Shown here piece by piece: positions 46,401 through 54,190 of a stretch of DNA of 54,190 nucleotides. Source of the DNA: Verrucomicrobiota bacterium. Its GTDB lineage: Bacteria; Verrucomicrobiota; Verrucomicrobiia; Verrucomicrobiales; DEV007. The stretch spans positions 1 through 54,190 of the forward strand of contig JBCDLR010000001.1 of NCBI GenBank assembly GCA_038745205.1. Reading direction: 5' to 3'. The notes under the pieces were generated by a model. The model ran no database searches and was not told the origin of the DNA. It saw only the letters and a list, made by a program, of their open reading frames with translations. Made by a program: the position numbers and the translations under genes. Positions within the stretch are counted from its first letter, which is position 1. Each line of letters starts with the position of its first letter.

Positions 46401-47008
46401 TCGGACCGGTCGCCCTTCCAGTCGGTTCCACTTCCCACTTCCTTTCCCTTTGCGTCGAGATAAACAATTCCGCTTTTTCCCTGCGGACGGATGTGAATCG
46501 AGCTTTCCGGCGCAGCGAGGGTCAGCTTTTCGTAGACCTTGTTCCGCTTTGCGTCGAGCAGGGCGATGGTGAATCCGTCGAGTCGCCGCGCAAGGCTGCC
46601 TCCCCGGTTCCAGATTCCCACGGCTGTGACCTCGAATTCCCTGCCCAGATCCAACTCCCACCAGGGATCACGTCCACCCTCCGGCGTGTGCGTCTGTCCG
46701 CCCTTGCCCCAATCCGGATCCCGGTTGCCGTCGATGGCTCTCGATGCTTCGCCGCCATGAGACGTAGCGGACTGCGTCGCCTTCCCTTGCGGAGCAATGT
46801 TCTTCCCGCCGCTGAGAACCTCCACCTCGGCGAGCGTAAGGGTTTTATCGCCACCCTCGAGTGTGATTCGCACGTAGCGGGCTGCGGGACCACCCTTCTC
46901 CTTGAGAAAGGGGCTTTGAATGGCTGCGCTGGAGGCACTTGCCACGATGAAGATGGAGAGAAAAAGAAGCGAGTATCGATGAACTTGAAGCGAAGACGGG
47001 ATTGACAT
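43475..47008 (-). CDS. Secreted multidomain protein: discoidin (F5/8 type C)-like, SGNH/GDSL hydrolase-like, PVC-type 'membrane-bound dehydrogenase' beta-propeller, HEAT-like repeats, and a C-terminal azurin-like cupredoxin
   Basis: The ATG at 47008 gives a signal peptide ([29 protein letters not shown]). Discoidin-like: [36 protein letters not shown]-like: [12 protein letters not shown] ... [12 protein letters not shown]. Propeller: [18 protein letters not shown]...DTDKDGVAD...DTDGDDVAD. The type-1 copper site is PHNLVLM ... [10 protein letters not shown] (Cys-x4-His-x3-Met at nt 43505-43534). There is no CxxCH motif. Confidence 0.7.
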   Translation of the reverse strand: MSIPSSLQVHRYSLLFLSIFIVASASSAAIQSPFLKEKGGPAARYVRITLEGGDKTLTLAEVEVLSGGKNIAPQGKATQSATSHGGEASRAIDGNRDPDWGKGGQTHTPEGGRDPWWELDLGREFEVTAVGIWNRGGSLARRLDGFTIALLDAKRNKVYEKLTLAAPESSIHIRPQGKSGIVYLDAKGKEVGSGTDWKGDRSEAQELSVRPTVKVPSNYRDPEAFEFRKGDVISILGNSLGERFQHGGWLETPFQSVLPNHQLSFRNMSVSGDMVGIFPRSKGYNSMDAYLQHVGADVIFCFFGYNESFEEDHRDYTTRLVNFVNELRGYQPNGKSFPRIVLFSPIAHEDLGDPNLPDGSANNKRLTKYTQATREAAAVAGVAYVNLFNVSKGLYIQHEEPLTINGIHLNDRGNELIGRHIAETLTGVDPGEKPLTEIAAAVSDKNWHWFNRYRATDGNDVWGGRSKLKFVNDQTNAEVLQHELAMIDVMSANRDEAIWAAAQGKAWVVSDGNVPDPIPVISNVGGGSKSSNAAKEGSLEYISGIEGLRKMTVPEGYEVNLFADETMFPEMVNPVQMQVDTKGRLWAAVWPTYPKWEPLKEMKDALVILEDTDKDGVADTCKEFARVHNPLGFEFWNGGVLVTSQPDLIFLKDTDGDDVADVRQIMLGGFGSSDTHHTANNLIYGPDGHIYWQSGVFLQHNHEHPWGPPLTTTASAMYRWDPRRHTIAYHAANSPNPHGISFDHWGYHYASDGTGGRCYQVRPEGSGFKMHQLLTKEVRPVAANAIVSSSHFPDEIQGNFLVCNTIGFLGLKNYRLEREGITRTGIVEKRDKETRKKIREEVTVEHEFGEVWGTPEEDLLRSDDGNFRPTDAVFGEDGALYVSDWSNVIIGHMQHNIRDPNRDKSHGRIYRMTYPARPFQEPVAIDGQPLDQLMSNLEHPVDGVRHRTRVELSERESSEVITAAEKWMAKWDPENPDHAGYLLEGLWVHQQHNVRNREVLQLVLNSPVQHARLAAATVKHHWDVADPALGAQVIEEEEVMEIEPGGLVSETPELTVLRVNTVVEQLRYDVTKLETTAGKQTRIIFANPDALPHNLVLMNPGTATEVGNAAIAMGADGFAKQFIPDSSDILAYTDMIDGGVEVELDFVAPEVPGDYDYVCTFPGHAFLMRGVLTVKER

Positions 47009-47278
47009 GAATTCGGGGGGTTTGGATCCGGTCGAACTCAATGACAGACTTTCTTCCCTGTCCACAACGACAGCAGAGCAATTGGCCAGTTCGAACGACC
47101 TTCGTTGGTAGCGGGTCACCTGCCTTGAATGGCGTCAATGAGGCACCCAACCGGTAATTTTGCCGCAGTTGTGCGGTTGGCCAACGGGATATGCTCCCCA
47201 GCACACAAACCTTCTGGCCTTTTTCGAAAAGAATTGCGACGATTTGCCGATAAAATAGATCACCAGTCAACAAGCCCC

Positions 47279-48463
47279 ATGAATTCCCATCTCACCCCTA
47301 CCCTCACCGCTCTCCTTTGTGCCTGCGCTGCAATTCTGCCGGGCACGATGAAATCGTCCGAATACCTCGTCTATGAGGGCACGAAGGGGCCGGGCGCCGG
47401 CAAGCACATCGTTTTCATCGCCAACGATCACGAATACCGTTCCGAGGAAACCTGCCCAGCGCTCGCAAAAATCCTCGCAAAACACCACGGATTCCGCTGC
47501 ACCGTTCTCTTTGGCCTCGACGAGAATGGGCACATCCAGGCGGGCAGCGCGCCGGTTCCCGGGATGGAAGTCCTCAAGGAAGCGGACCTCCTCGTCTTCT
47601 ACACGCGATTCATGACGCTTCCCGACGAGCAGGCGGACCTCCTCGCCGCATACTTTGAGCGCGGAGGGCCGGTTGTCGGGCTTCGCACATCCACGCATTG
47701 CTTCAACAAGCAGGAAGGAAAATGGAGCAAACTGAATTTCAACCATGACGGTGACGACTATCATGGAGGTCTCGGCGAACAGATCTTCGGCAATACCTGG
47801 AACAAGGAACACGGGCAATCGCACTACGGGGCCAACCACCGGCTCGGCGGCACCGTCAAGCCGCTCGCAAGTGCGAAAGATCATCCGGTCCTGAGTGGAG
47901 TGCAGCCCTTTCACACCTACTCCGGCGCCTACAAGTCCCAACCGCCCGCCGGGTCCACACCGCTGCTCGATGTGCAGGTACTCAACACGTTTGGTCCGAG
48001 CGAGGACATCAACACGGAACTCCCCGCCGTCAACGCCGGCTGGACCCGCGACGATTACATTGCGCCGTCTGGCACGAAGAAAGCAGCCCGCGTCGTTTAC
48101 ACTTCCTATGGCACCTCCGAAGACCTATTCGATGACGGCGCAAGAAGATTCCTCGTGAACGCATGCCTCTGGGCGGCTGGATTGGAAAAGGACATCTCCG
48201 CCGATCTGAATGTCGACTTCGTCGGTGGCTTCAAGCCCTCTCCCTACACGACGGGCGCCTTCAACCGCGTGGGCGTCAAGCCCGCCGACCTCGCCGGCTG
48301 GGATACCCAGATCATGCCCGACGACGCGAAGATGAACGGTCTTCATGACCCGGCCAAGGGCATCAGTTCCCGTATGGGCCGCGCGCTCAAGCCTCGTCCG
48401 GAATTATTGAAGGAGTTGAAGGAGACCTATACAGAATTCGACTGGGAAAAGTTTCAACCTTAA
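47279..48463 (+). CDS. ThuA-like (trehalose-utilisation family, glutamine-amidotransferase-like fold) secreted protein
   Basis: The ATG at 47279 gives a signal/lipoprotein-like N-terminus (MNSHLTPTLTALLCACAAILPG). The core is KHIVFIANDHEYRSEETCPALAKIL...ADLLVFYTRFMTL...YFERGGPVVGLRTSTHCF. Family assignment is from memory only. Confidence 0.5.
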   Translation: MNSHLTPTLTALLCACAAILPGTMKSSEYLVYEGTKGPGAGKHIVFIANDHEYRSEETCPALAKILAKHHGFRCTVLFGLDENGHIQAGSAPVPGMEVLKEADLLVFYTRFMTLPDEQADLLAAYFERGGPVVGLRTSTHCFNKQEGKWSKLNFNHDGDDYHGGLGEQIFGNTWNKEHGQSHYGANHRLGGTVKPLASAKDHPVLSGVQPFHTYSGAYKSQPPAGSTPLLDVQVLNTFGPSEDINTELPAVNAGWTRDDYIAPSGTKKAARVVYTSYGTSEDLFDDGARRFLVNACLWAAGLEKDISADLNVDFVGGFKPSPYTTGAFNRVGVKPADLAGWDTQIMPDDAKMNGLHDPAKGISSRMGRALKPRPELLKELKETYTEFDWEKFQP

Positions 48464-48944
48464 ACGCGGTTTCCGGCGGCTCAATACGCCGATTAGAGCG
48501 GAGTGTCACCACGCGACCGTCGGAATAAGTTTTTCCGTAAATAGTTTCCTTAGCCGGCAAAACGGCGAGAGACCACTGCGCCTAAGATGATCCGACTCGA
48601 AATGAGATAAGTTCTGATACGGAAACGAGGAGAGCGAACTGAAGATTGTCCCCTAACAATTTTTATCTGCGTCACGTCGCAAGTAGATTCGGAAAACCGT
48701 CTGGCGGCAGAAGTGCTGAAAAGCAAATCCCCATCCTTTTTTCTTATTTGATTACTCTGATCCCATGGCATAATCGGCCGCCTACATGGAGTCAGTTCCG
48801 TTACGCTCGGCTCAAACCCCTTCGCGCTGTATGGGGGAATGTTTCGACATCCGTGGCCTTGATTTACTTCAAGGCAGGCCAACGTTTGCTCCAGCGATGA
48901 CCTCGTCGATCAGGGTTCGATAGGGCGGACTAGTGTGACCGGCG

Positions 48945-49619
48945 GTGCCGAATCGCCTTCTCCGGAGGGAAGAGATTGGGTGCAATTCAGCGGCTTGCGG
49001 CGATAATCCTGAGGTTACTTCCCAGAACGAGCAGTTGAAAGGCCCATCCCATGATAAGGGAGAGGAGCTGGCATCCGACAGCCCGCCACCTCCCGCGAAA
49101 TCGGACGATCTCTTCCAAAGCGTCTACGACGAGCTCACGAAACTTGCGAGTCTGCGGGTCGCCAGCGAGGGAGCTGGCGCGACTCTCAGTGCAACCTCCC
49201 TGGTCCATGAGGTGTTTCTTCGACTTTCGTCCGACAACGAAAAGATGAGCCGTTTTCGCAATACCGCTCACCTTTTTGCGACGGCCTCGGAGGTGATGCG
49301 CTGGGTGCTTGTCGACCGGGCGAGAGCACGCAAGCGGCAAAAGCGAGGGGGAGAATTCGAACGAATCCAGCTTTCCGAATCCCAAATCGTGTCGAGCGTG
49401 GATGACGATTTGATTCTCTCGGTCCATGAGGTTCTTGACACACTGCAAAAGGAAGACCCGGAGACGGCCGATCTCGTCAAGATGAGGTTCTTCTCGGGAT
49501 TCTCGTTCCAGGAGATCGCCGATGCCACCGATGTTTCCTACCGGACCGTGACGAGACGATGGACATACGCCAAGGCTTGGTTGAAGGAAGAGTTGAAGAA
49601 GGACCTCTCGGTCGAATGA
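48945..49619 (+). CDS. ECF-type sigma-70 family factor (Planctomycete/Verrucomicrobial ECF subfamily often linked to Ser/Thr kinases)
   Basis: Region 2 is LFQSVYDELTKLASLR...TSLVHEVFLRL. Region 4 HTH is FFSGFSFQEIADATDVSYRTVTRRWTYAKAWL. The start is uncertain: GTG at 48945, an in-frame TTG at 49035, and no in-frame ATG before the conserved core. Confidence 0.8.
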   Translation: MPNRLLRREEIGCNSAACGDNPEVTSQNEQLKGPSHDKGEELASDSPPPPAKSDDLFQSVYDELTKLASLRVASEGAGATLSATSLVHEVFLRLSSDNEKMSRFRNTAHLFATASEVMRWVLVDRARARKRQKRGGEFERIQLSESQIVSSVDDDLILSVHEVLDTLQKEDPETADLVKMRFFSGFSFQEIADATDVSYRTVTRRWTYAKAWLKEELKKDLSVE

Positions 49620-49670
49620 CCGGATAAGGAATCCGACGGCTCATTCTTCGATCCCGTCGGATTGCTTTGG

Positions 49671-52600
49671 TCACTTTGGAGCGGCAAGGGCAGTCAAATC
49701 TCGACTCAGGAGCACTCCTGCCGTCGCATCCCAGACCCTGACAGCACCATCGCGGCTCGTCGACGCTAGACGTTGCCCGCTTTGATCCCAGGAGAGGTCT
49801 GCAATGAGGTCGCTGTGCCCATGCAACTGCAAGATAGGCTCCCCGTTTTCCCAATCCCAAAGAAAGAGGTCCCCGTCTTCGCCGCCCGCTGCAAGGCGAT
49901 TTCCATGGGGATGCCATGCGATAGCACCGACAATGCCAGAGGGGGAATTGAATTCCCGAACCTTTTCCTTTTCTCGCAGAGACCAGATCGAAATCGCCCC
50001 CCCGGCAGAACATGTCGCGAAGTGGAGACTGTCAGGATGCCAAGCGTGGGCCACCAGTCGCCGCTCCTGCTTTTTCGATTCAAAAACAACTTCGCCGGAA
50101 TCGGTGGCGATGACGGAAAATCCTCCGTCATCGCTGGAAGCGAGGATGTAGCGAAGGTCCGGGCTCGCGGAGACCCTCGAAAAAGATGCACCCTCTTCTT
50201 TCCCGGGAGGGCGAAGTCGATTTGCCGAATATTCCCCATCAAGGGTGATCTGCAGAACTCCGCCGCTTTTCTCGAGCAGGAAGACTTCATCGTCCCGGGG
50301 CCATATCAGATCAGCCGAATTGGTCGTGCCAAGGCTGAGGGAATGCCTTTCCTCTTTCTCTTCGAGATCGACAATTGCCAATTGATCACCGGTTGGCATT
50401 CGGTGGACGGCGGCGACTTTCTTCCGGTTAGGGCTCCAGGCATAGGTCTCCGAGGTGGCCCGGTCGAGGGTGACTGAAGAGAGGACCTGGCCCGTGGCAG
50501 GAAGAAACGAGAAGAATTGGTCGGATTCGCTTCGACAAACCAGTGTGGCTCCATCCCCGCTCCAGGCGACCGTGGAAACAGGCTCACCATGGTGGAGAAC
50601 GACCTCAGAGACGACAGGCAGTCCATGTCGCCAGATGGAGATCTTTCCATCCGAATTTCCTGCGACAATGGAGTGCGCATCGCCGCTCCACACCACCGCC
50701 GACACGACCCCTTCAAATTCGTGAAGGATATCATGGGAATTCAGGGAGAAATCGAGCAGGACCAGTCCTTCAAAGCCTTCGATCGTGTTGATGAGTGAAG
50801 GGCCATCCGGATCCCAAGCAAGTGCGGTCACGGTATCCCGATAGAATTCCGCCTTGTCATAGTTCACACCGGCATTGGCAATCTTGAGGCCTCCGGGGAC
50901 GCCCCAGATCCGAACGGCTCCGTCCATGTCGCCCGTTGCAAGCCAGGAACTGTCGCTCTTCCAAGTCAGTGTTGTCGGATGGCTTCGGTGACCCGGATAG
51001 GTCTCAAGGGGAGTGTTGGGGTCATCGAGGTCCCAGATAAAAACAGTCTTCGAGTTTCCAATTCCCGCAAGGTAGCGGTTGTCCGGACTCCAAGCGATCG
51101 CTTCGAATTTCACGGGAGGTTGAATCGGCTTTCTCAGGCTTTTCGGGGATTCTTCATTCGACCAGAAGGAAATCGTGTTGTTTGCCTCCAGCACCGCCAC
51201 CTGCGCCCCCCCGTGCCCCAGGGAGATGGATCGTCCCGGTGATTTGATCGGAAGAGAGGTGAGCACGGCCGCGGTTTTCGCGTTCCAGATTTTCACTTTC
51301 CCGGATTGACCAAGCGTAACGATGGTCTCCCCGTTCCGGCTCCAGGAGGAAAAGAGATGCTCTTCGCCGTCGGTGAAGCTTCGGCCGATGGCGCGGGTCA
51401 GGGTGTCGAAGATCGTTGTGCCCTTTTTATTACTCACGAGGAAAAACTCCCCGAACGGAGAGAAGTCGATCGAGTTGACCTTTCCTTTCTGACGGAACTG
51501 GATCGGCGAGGAGTGGAGTTGGCCAAACGTGTAATACCATTCCCAGCCCCGGAAGTCTTCGTCTGAAGCATCTGGACGAAGCGTCGTCAGCATCGTCTGG
51601 GTTGCCATTGGGGTTGTCGTCCCGAGATGGGCAGCGGTGCTGATGAGACGCATGTTCGACGCGTAGGCGAGGCGCCGATTGGCATAGGCTCGCTTGTTTG
51701 AGAGCTCCGCTGCCTCGATGGCCTTCGCTTCGGCACTCTCAGCGGAGCGTTGAGTGGTTTCCGCCCTATCCCTTGCCTCATCGGCGAGTTTGCGAAGAGA
51801 CGCCTGCTCTATTGCCACAAGGGGACCGCCGATTCCGAAGGAGAGAAGAAGGAGAAAAATCGATCCCACCAACCCTGCCTCGACCGGCTTTCTACGTATC
51901 CATTTGATAAGCCGTTGAGCAGGTGTCTGCGCCCGGGCTGAGATGGGCCGACGGTCGATCCAGGCCTCGAGATCGTCGGCAAGACTGTGCGCGGAGTCGT
52001 AGCGGTCGACCGGGTTCTTCTCAAGGCATTTGGCGACAATGGTTTCGAGGTCGCGGTCGATGCTCGCATCGAGCAGGCGCAGGCGCGTCGGCGTTTCATC
52101 GGTGAGGCATCGCAGTGCAGCGGTCAGCGAATCCGCTTCGAGAACGGGACGGCCGGACAACAGTTCGTAGAGGATCGCTCCGAGGCTGTAGATATCGGCA
52201 TGCGTCGTAATCGCGCCACTCTGGACCCCAGCTTGCTCCGGGGCCATGTATTGGGGCGTTCCGAGGATCTGGCCCGTGAAGGTGAGACCGATGTTTTGGC
52301 GCAAGTCGAAGGCGAGCCCGAAATCGCTGATCAGCGGCTCACCGGCCTCGTCGAGGAGAATATTCCCCGGCTTCAAATCGCGATGGAGGATCCCCTGTTC
52401 GTGGGCGATTTGCATGGTCCGCGCGACCTTGGCCATCAGCGAAACCGCGCTCCTCCGGTCTTCGCGGATCTCATGGAGGTGATCCCGCAGGGTGCCTCCG
52501 GAGATGTAAGCCATGCTGTAGAAGTCGTGCCCGTCATGCTGCCCGATTTCATGGATGGGAACGATGTGGCGGTGATTGAGGCTGGCGGCTGCCTCGGCTT

Positions 52601-53039
52601 CGAGGCGAAAGCGGCTCCGCCCGGCTGAGGTCACCCAAGTCGAACCAAGTATGACCTTCACCGCGACTTCACGATTCAGACTGACCTGCTTGGCCCGGAA
52701 GACCACGCCGGCGGCGCCTCGACCGACTTCATCGATCAATTCATAGTCACCAAGGCGCATAATCGTTTCGCCAAGATCCGCCATGAAACGCGAATCCTGC
52801 TCGAGGCATTCAGAGAGCGCTTCGAGTTCCTCCTTGGCGGTGGAAAAACTGTCGGCATCGAGCGGGTGACCCGTGTCTTCGCCCGATTTCAGGAGCCGAT
52901 TCACCCGTTCGAGAAGAGCTTCATCCCCTCGGCACTTTTGTGCAACGAATTCTTCACGCTCGCGCGGAGTTTCCTGCTCGAGGGCCTTGAGAAAGATTGT
53001 CTTCTCTCTGCTTTCGATCTGGCGGGAAGAATCACTCAT
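49671..53039 (-). CDS. Membrane-spanning Ser/Thr protein kinase with a large extracytoplasmic WD40 beta-propeller region
   Basis: The ATG at 53039 starts MSDSS.... There is a pre-kinase helical region (IFLKALEQETPREREEFVAQKCRGDEALLERVNRLL). Kinase motifs are GRGAAGVVF, VAVKV, HRDLKPGNILL, SDFGLA and MAPEQ. One TM segment (LVGSIFLLLLSFGIGGPLVAI) is followed by a coiled coil and then ~640 aa with many WD-type repeats (VRIWG, ISIWR, ISIWSL, LFLWDW, VRVWD). Confidence 0.9.
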   Translation of the reverse strand: MSDSSRQIESREKTIFLKALEQETPREREEFVAQKCRGDEALLERVNRLLKSGEDTGHPLDADSFSTAKEELEALSECLEQDSRFMADLGETIMRLGDYELIDEVGRGAAGVVFRAKQVSLNREVAVKVILGSTWVTSAGRSRFRLEAEAAASLNHRHIVPIHEIGQHDGHDFYSMAYISGGTLRDHLHEIREDRRSAVSLMAKVARTMQIAHEQGILHRDLKPGNILLDEAGEPLISDFGLAFDLRQNIGLTFTGQILGTPQYMAPEQAGVQSGAITTHADIYSLGAILYELLSGRPVLEADSLTAALRCLTDETPTRLRLLDASIDRDLETIVAKCLEKNPVDRYDSAHSLADDLEAWIDRRPISARAQTPAQRLIKWIRRKPVEAGLVGSIFLLLLSFGIGGPLVAIEQASLRKLADEARDRAETTQRSAESAEAKAIEAAELSNKRAYANRRLAYASNMRLISTAAHLGTTTPMATQTMLTTLRPDASDEDFRGWEWYYTFGQLHSSPIQFRQKGKVNSIDFSPFGEFFLVSNKKGTTIFDTLTRAIGRSFTDGEEHLFSSWSRNGETIVTLGQSGKVKIWNAKTAAVLTSLPIKSPGRSISLGHGGAQVAVLEANNTISFWSNEESPKSLRKPIQPPVKFEAIAWSPDNRYLAGIGNSKTVFIWDLDDPNTPLETYPGHRSHPTTLTWKSDSSWLATGDMDGAVRIWGVPGGLKIANAGVNYDKAEFYRDTVTALAWDPDGPSLINTIEGFEGLVLLDFSLNSHDILHEFEGVVSAVVWSGDAHSIVAGNSDGKISIWRHGLPVVSEVVLHHGEPVSTVAWSGDGATLVCRSESDQFFSFLPATGQVLSSVTLDRATSETYAWSPNRKKVAAVHRMPTGDQLAIVDLEEKEERHSLSLGTTNSADLIWPRDDEVFLLEKSGGVLQITLDGEYSANRLRPPGKEEGASFSRVSASPDLRYILASSDDGGFSVIATDSGEVVFESKKQERRLVAHAWHPDSLHFATCSAGGAISIWSLREKEKVREFNSPSGIVGAIAWHPHGNRLAAGGEDGDLFLWDWENGEPILQLHGHSDLIADLSWDQSGQRLASTSRDGAVRVWDATAGVLLSRDLTALAAPK

Positions 53040-53668
53040 CAGTTTGCCCACCTGAAGGAAAGCGTTATTCAGCAGCGAACTTCGCCATCTTCGCGAAAAA
53101 AATTCCGAGGCCGGCTGCCGTTTCAGGAACGGGTGGCTTCGATGGAATCACGGGCCGATCGGCCTTCGTTGCAAATTCGGACCACTGATTTCCGGGAGTC
53201 TCGCCTCCATGGTCGTTTGAACAACGAATTATTTTTTCCCACCGCCATGTCCGACTCTCGAAGGAAAGAGCGCTTTGGCATCATGGAATGGCCCAACAAA
53301 ATTTCCGTCTGATTTGCAACGACTGCTTTCCTTCCCGGGATGAATCCTGCCGCGCTGTCTTTAAGAGCGGCACGCTGTCACTCCGCCGCCAAGCGGAGCT
53401 TGGATACCTGAGGGTCGCTAAGGATTCCCGATCCAACCTGACCGTGTCGCCGCGCTTCCACCACTTGAAGAGGCCCATGCACCTTTGCCTCTGAACCAAC
53501 GCTCCCGGCTGCGCAGCTCTACCAACCGTTTCTCCTTATCCATTCAGAAATTCGCCAAATTCAAAACCCAAATTGGTCATGAACACGTCTGCCGAACCTT
53601 CCATTTCACCGATGCCGACCGGCTCAACATTCTCCTGGAGAATACAAACCTTGTGCCCCCACGACGTC

Positions 53669-54190
53669 ATGAAATGTTTAGCCCGAATCCTCGCCCTGCT
53701 ACTGGCAATGGCTGCTTCAGTTTCGACGGCAAGTGCCCAGATCACCGCGACCTCCATCGTCGTCAACGATCGCCTCACTGACGGCAGCGGCACCCATTCC
53801 GTCTTCATCACCTGGAAAGCGCCCGCGGGCCAGTTGATCAACGCCAGCAGTCTGGGGACGGACGACATCACTGTCACCGGCCCTTTCGACAATCCCATGG
53901 TCGTCAGCACGAGCGCACCCGGGGCCAACGCCAACGAGATCACGCTCGAGTATCTCATGATCGCCCCAGTCGGGTTCCCGTTTCTTGGGAATTGGTCCTC
54001 CAACCTCGATGGGACCTACAATGTGAACCTGGTCGCCGGGCAGGTCGTCGACACGGGTGGGGGCAATGGGAACGCGGCGCAAAGCGCGGCTGCCAGCTTC
54101 CAGGTGCAGGTCATCTACATCACGGAGGAATTCTTTGGAGGAGTCTCTCCCACTGGCTTCTCCAACAGTACCGCGGGCGAAGTCGAATTC
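53669..54190 (+). CDS. Secreted protein, function unknown (3'-partial, runs off the window)
   Basis: Not in the ORF track because it has no stop. I translated 174 codons from the ATG at 53669 without meeting a stop. Signal peptide is MKCLARILALLLAMAASVSTASAQ, followed by Ig-like/beta-rich sequence. In-frame upstream ATGs at 53579 and 53612 are less likely. Confidence 0.6.
   Translation, partial: MKCLARILALLLAMAASVSTASAQITATSIVVNDRLTDGSGTHSVFITWKAPAGQLINASSLGTDDITVTGPFDNPMVVSTSAPGANANEITLEYLMIAPVGFPFLGNWSSNLDGTYNVNLVAGQVVDTGGGNGNAAQSAAASFQVQVIYITEEFFGGVSPTGFSNSTAGEVEF

Noticed and set aside
48550-48900. 110-aa (minus strand) and 84-aa (plus strand) ORFs in the long spacer upstream of the sigma gene
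   Set aside because: Their composition is unusual (Arg/Ser/Cys-rich), and they show no signal peptide, motif or codon-usage resemblance to their neighbours. I treat the region as non-coding, but it is flagged as a finding.
48910-48930. tRNA/tmRNA-like T-loop string GGGTTCGATAGGG
   Set aside because: The flanking bases cannot form a 5-bp T-stem (CAGGG against GGGCG). No acceptor, anticodon or D-arm could be built around it, so it is a chance match.
53153-53164. 12-bp perfect palindrome GGCCGATCGGCC as a specific regulatory or restriction-related site
   Set aside because: It is a single occurrence. GC-rich palindromes of this length arise by chance in GC-rich DNA, and it has no partner site. 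It is mentioned only within the spacer finding.
1-54190. Mobile element, prophage, integron, CRISPR-Cas or a canonical defence island
   Set aside because: I found no integrase, transposase, recombinase, phage structural, Cas, restriction-modification, toxin-antitoxin or nuclease/helicase-type ORFs in any frame. I also saw no flanking tRNA or long terminal repeats. The window reads as core or accessory metabolic chromosome.

Overview
GC-rich, very gene-dense chromosomal segment with about 40 CDS. Many genes have 4-bp ATGA/TTGA start-stop overlaps, and some convergent genes share stop codons. I saw no rRNA, tRNA, CRISPR array, transposase, integrase or phage genes by eye. The gene content points to a PVC-superphylum bacterium, most likely Verrucomicrobiota: PEP-CTERM proteins, Cys-type sulfatases, a giant 'membrane-bound dehydrogenase'-type protein, a ThuA-like protein, and an ECF sigma factor next to a WD40 Ser/Thr kinase. 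That taxonomic call is inference only.

All calls come from motifs recognised by reading the ORF translations. No database search was run. Several ORF-track starts are alternative codons (TTG/GTG); I trimmed them to downstream ATGs where a signal peptide or family-typical N-terminus supported it.

Main blocks:
1. nt 1-8043: coiled-coil/TPR protein, PpiD-like chaperone, small TPR protein, secreted VWA protein, and an OmpR-type two-component system.
2. nt 8096-15809: L,D-transpeptidase, YpfJ-like metallopeptidase, sulfatase-HEAT fusion, an outer-membrane factor plus adaptor with no pump, and a solute-binding-domain membrane protein with no output domain.
3. nt 15858-28745: a polyamine island. 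It holds aguB-aguA, a convergent operon of MATE, deoxyhypusine-synthase-like, speA, carboxynorspermidine dehydrogenase and decarboxylase genes, and a divergent orphan PotD-like lipoprotein plus Cache hybrid histidine kinase.
4. nt 28742-34491: S8 protease, an acidic protein of unknown function, fructosamine kinase, LMW-PTP and lysA.
5. nt 34578-36782: two PEP-CTERM-type secreted proteins.
6. nt 37160-41406: lptD, lpxA and ubiE.
7. nt 41473-48463: sulfatase, a 1177-aa discoidin/SGNH/beta-propeller/HEAT/cupredoxin fusion, and a ThuA-like protein.
8. nt 48945-54190: ECF sigma factor, a WD40 Ser/Thr kinase, and a partial secreted protein.

My best candidate for an undescribed system is the PotD-like binding protein wired to a hybrid kinase beside the polyamine biosynthesis/export operon. 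It is a hypothesis, not a demonstrated system.
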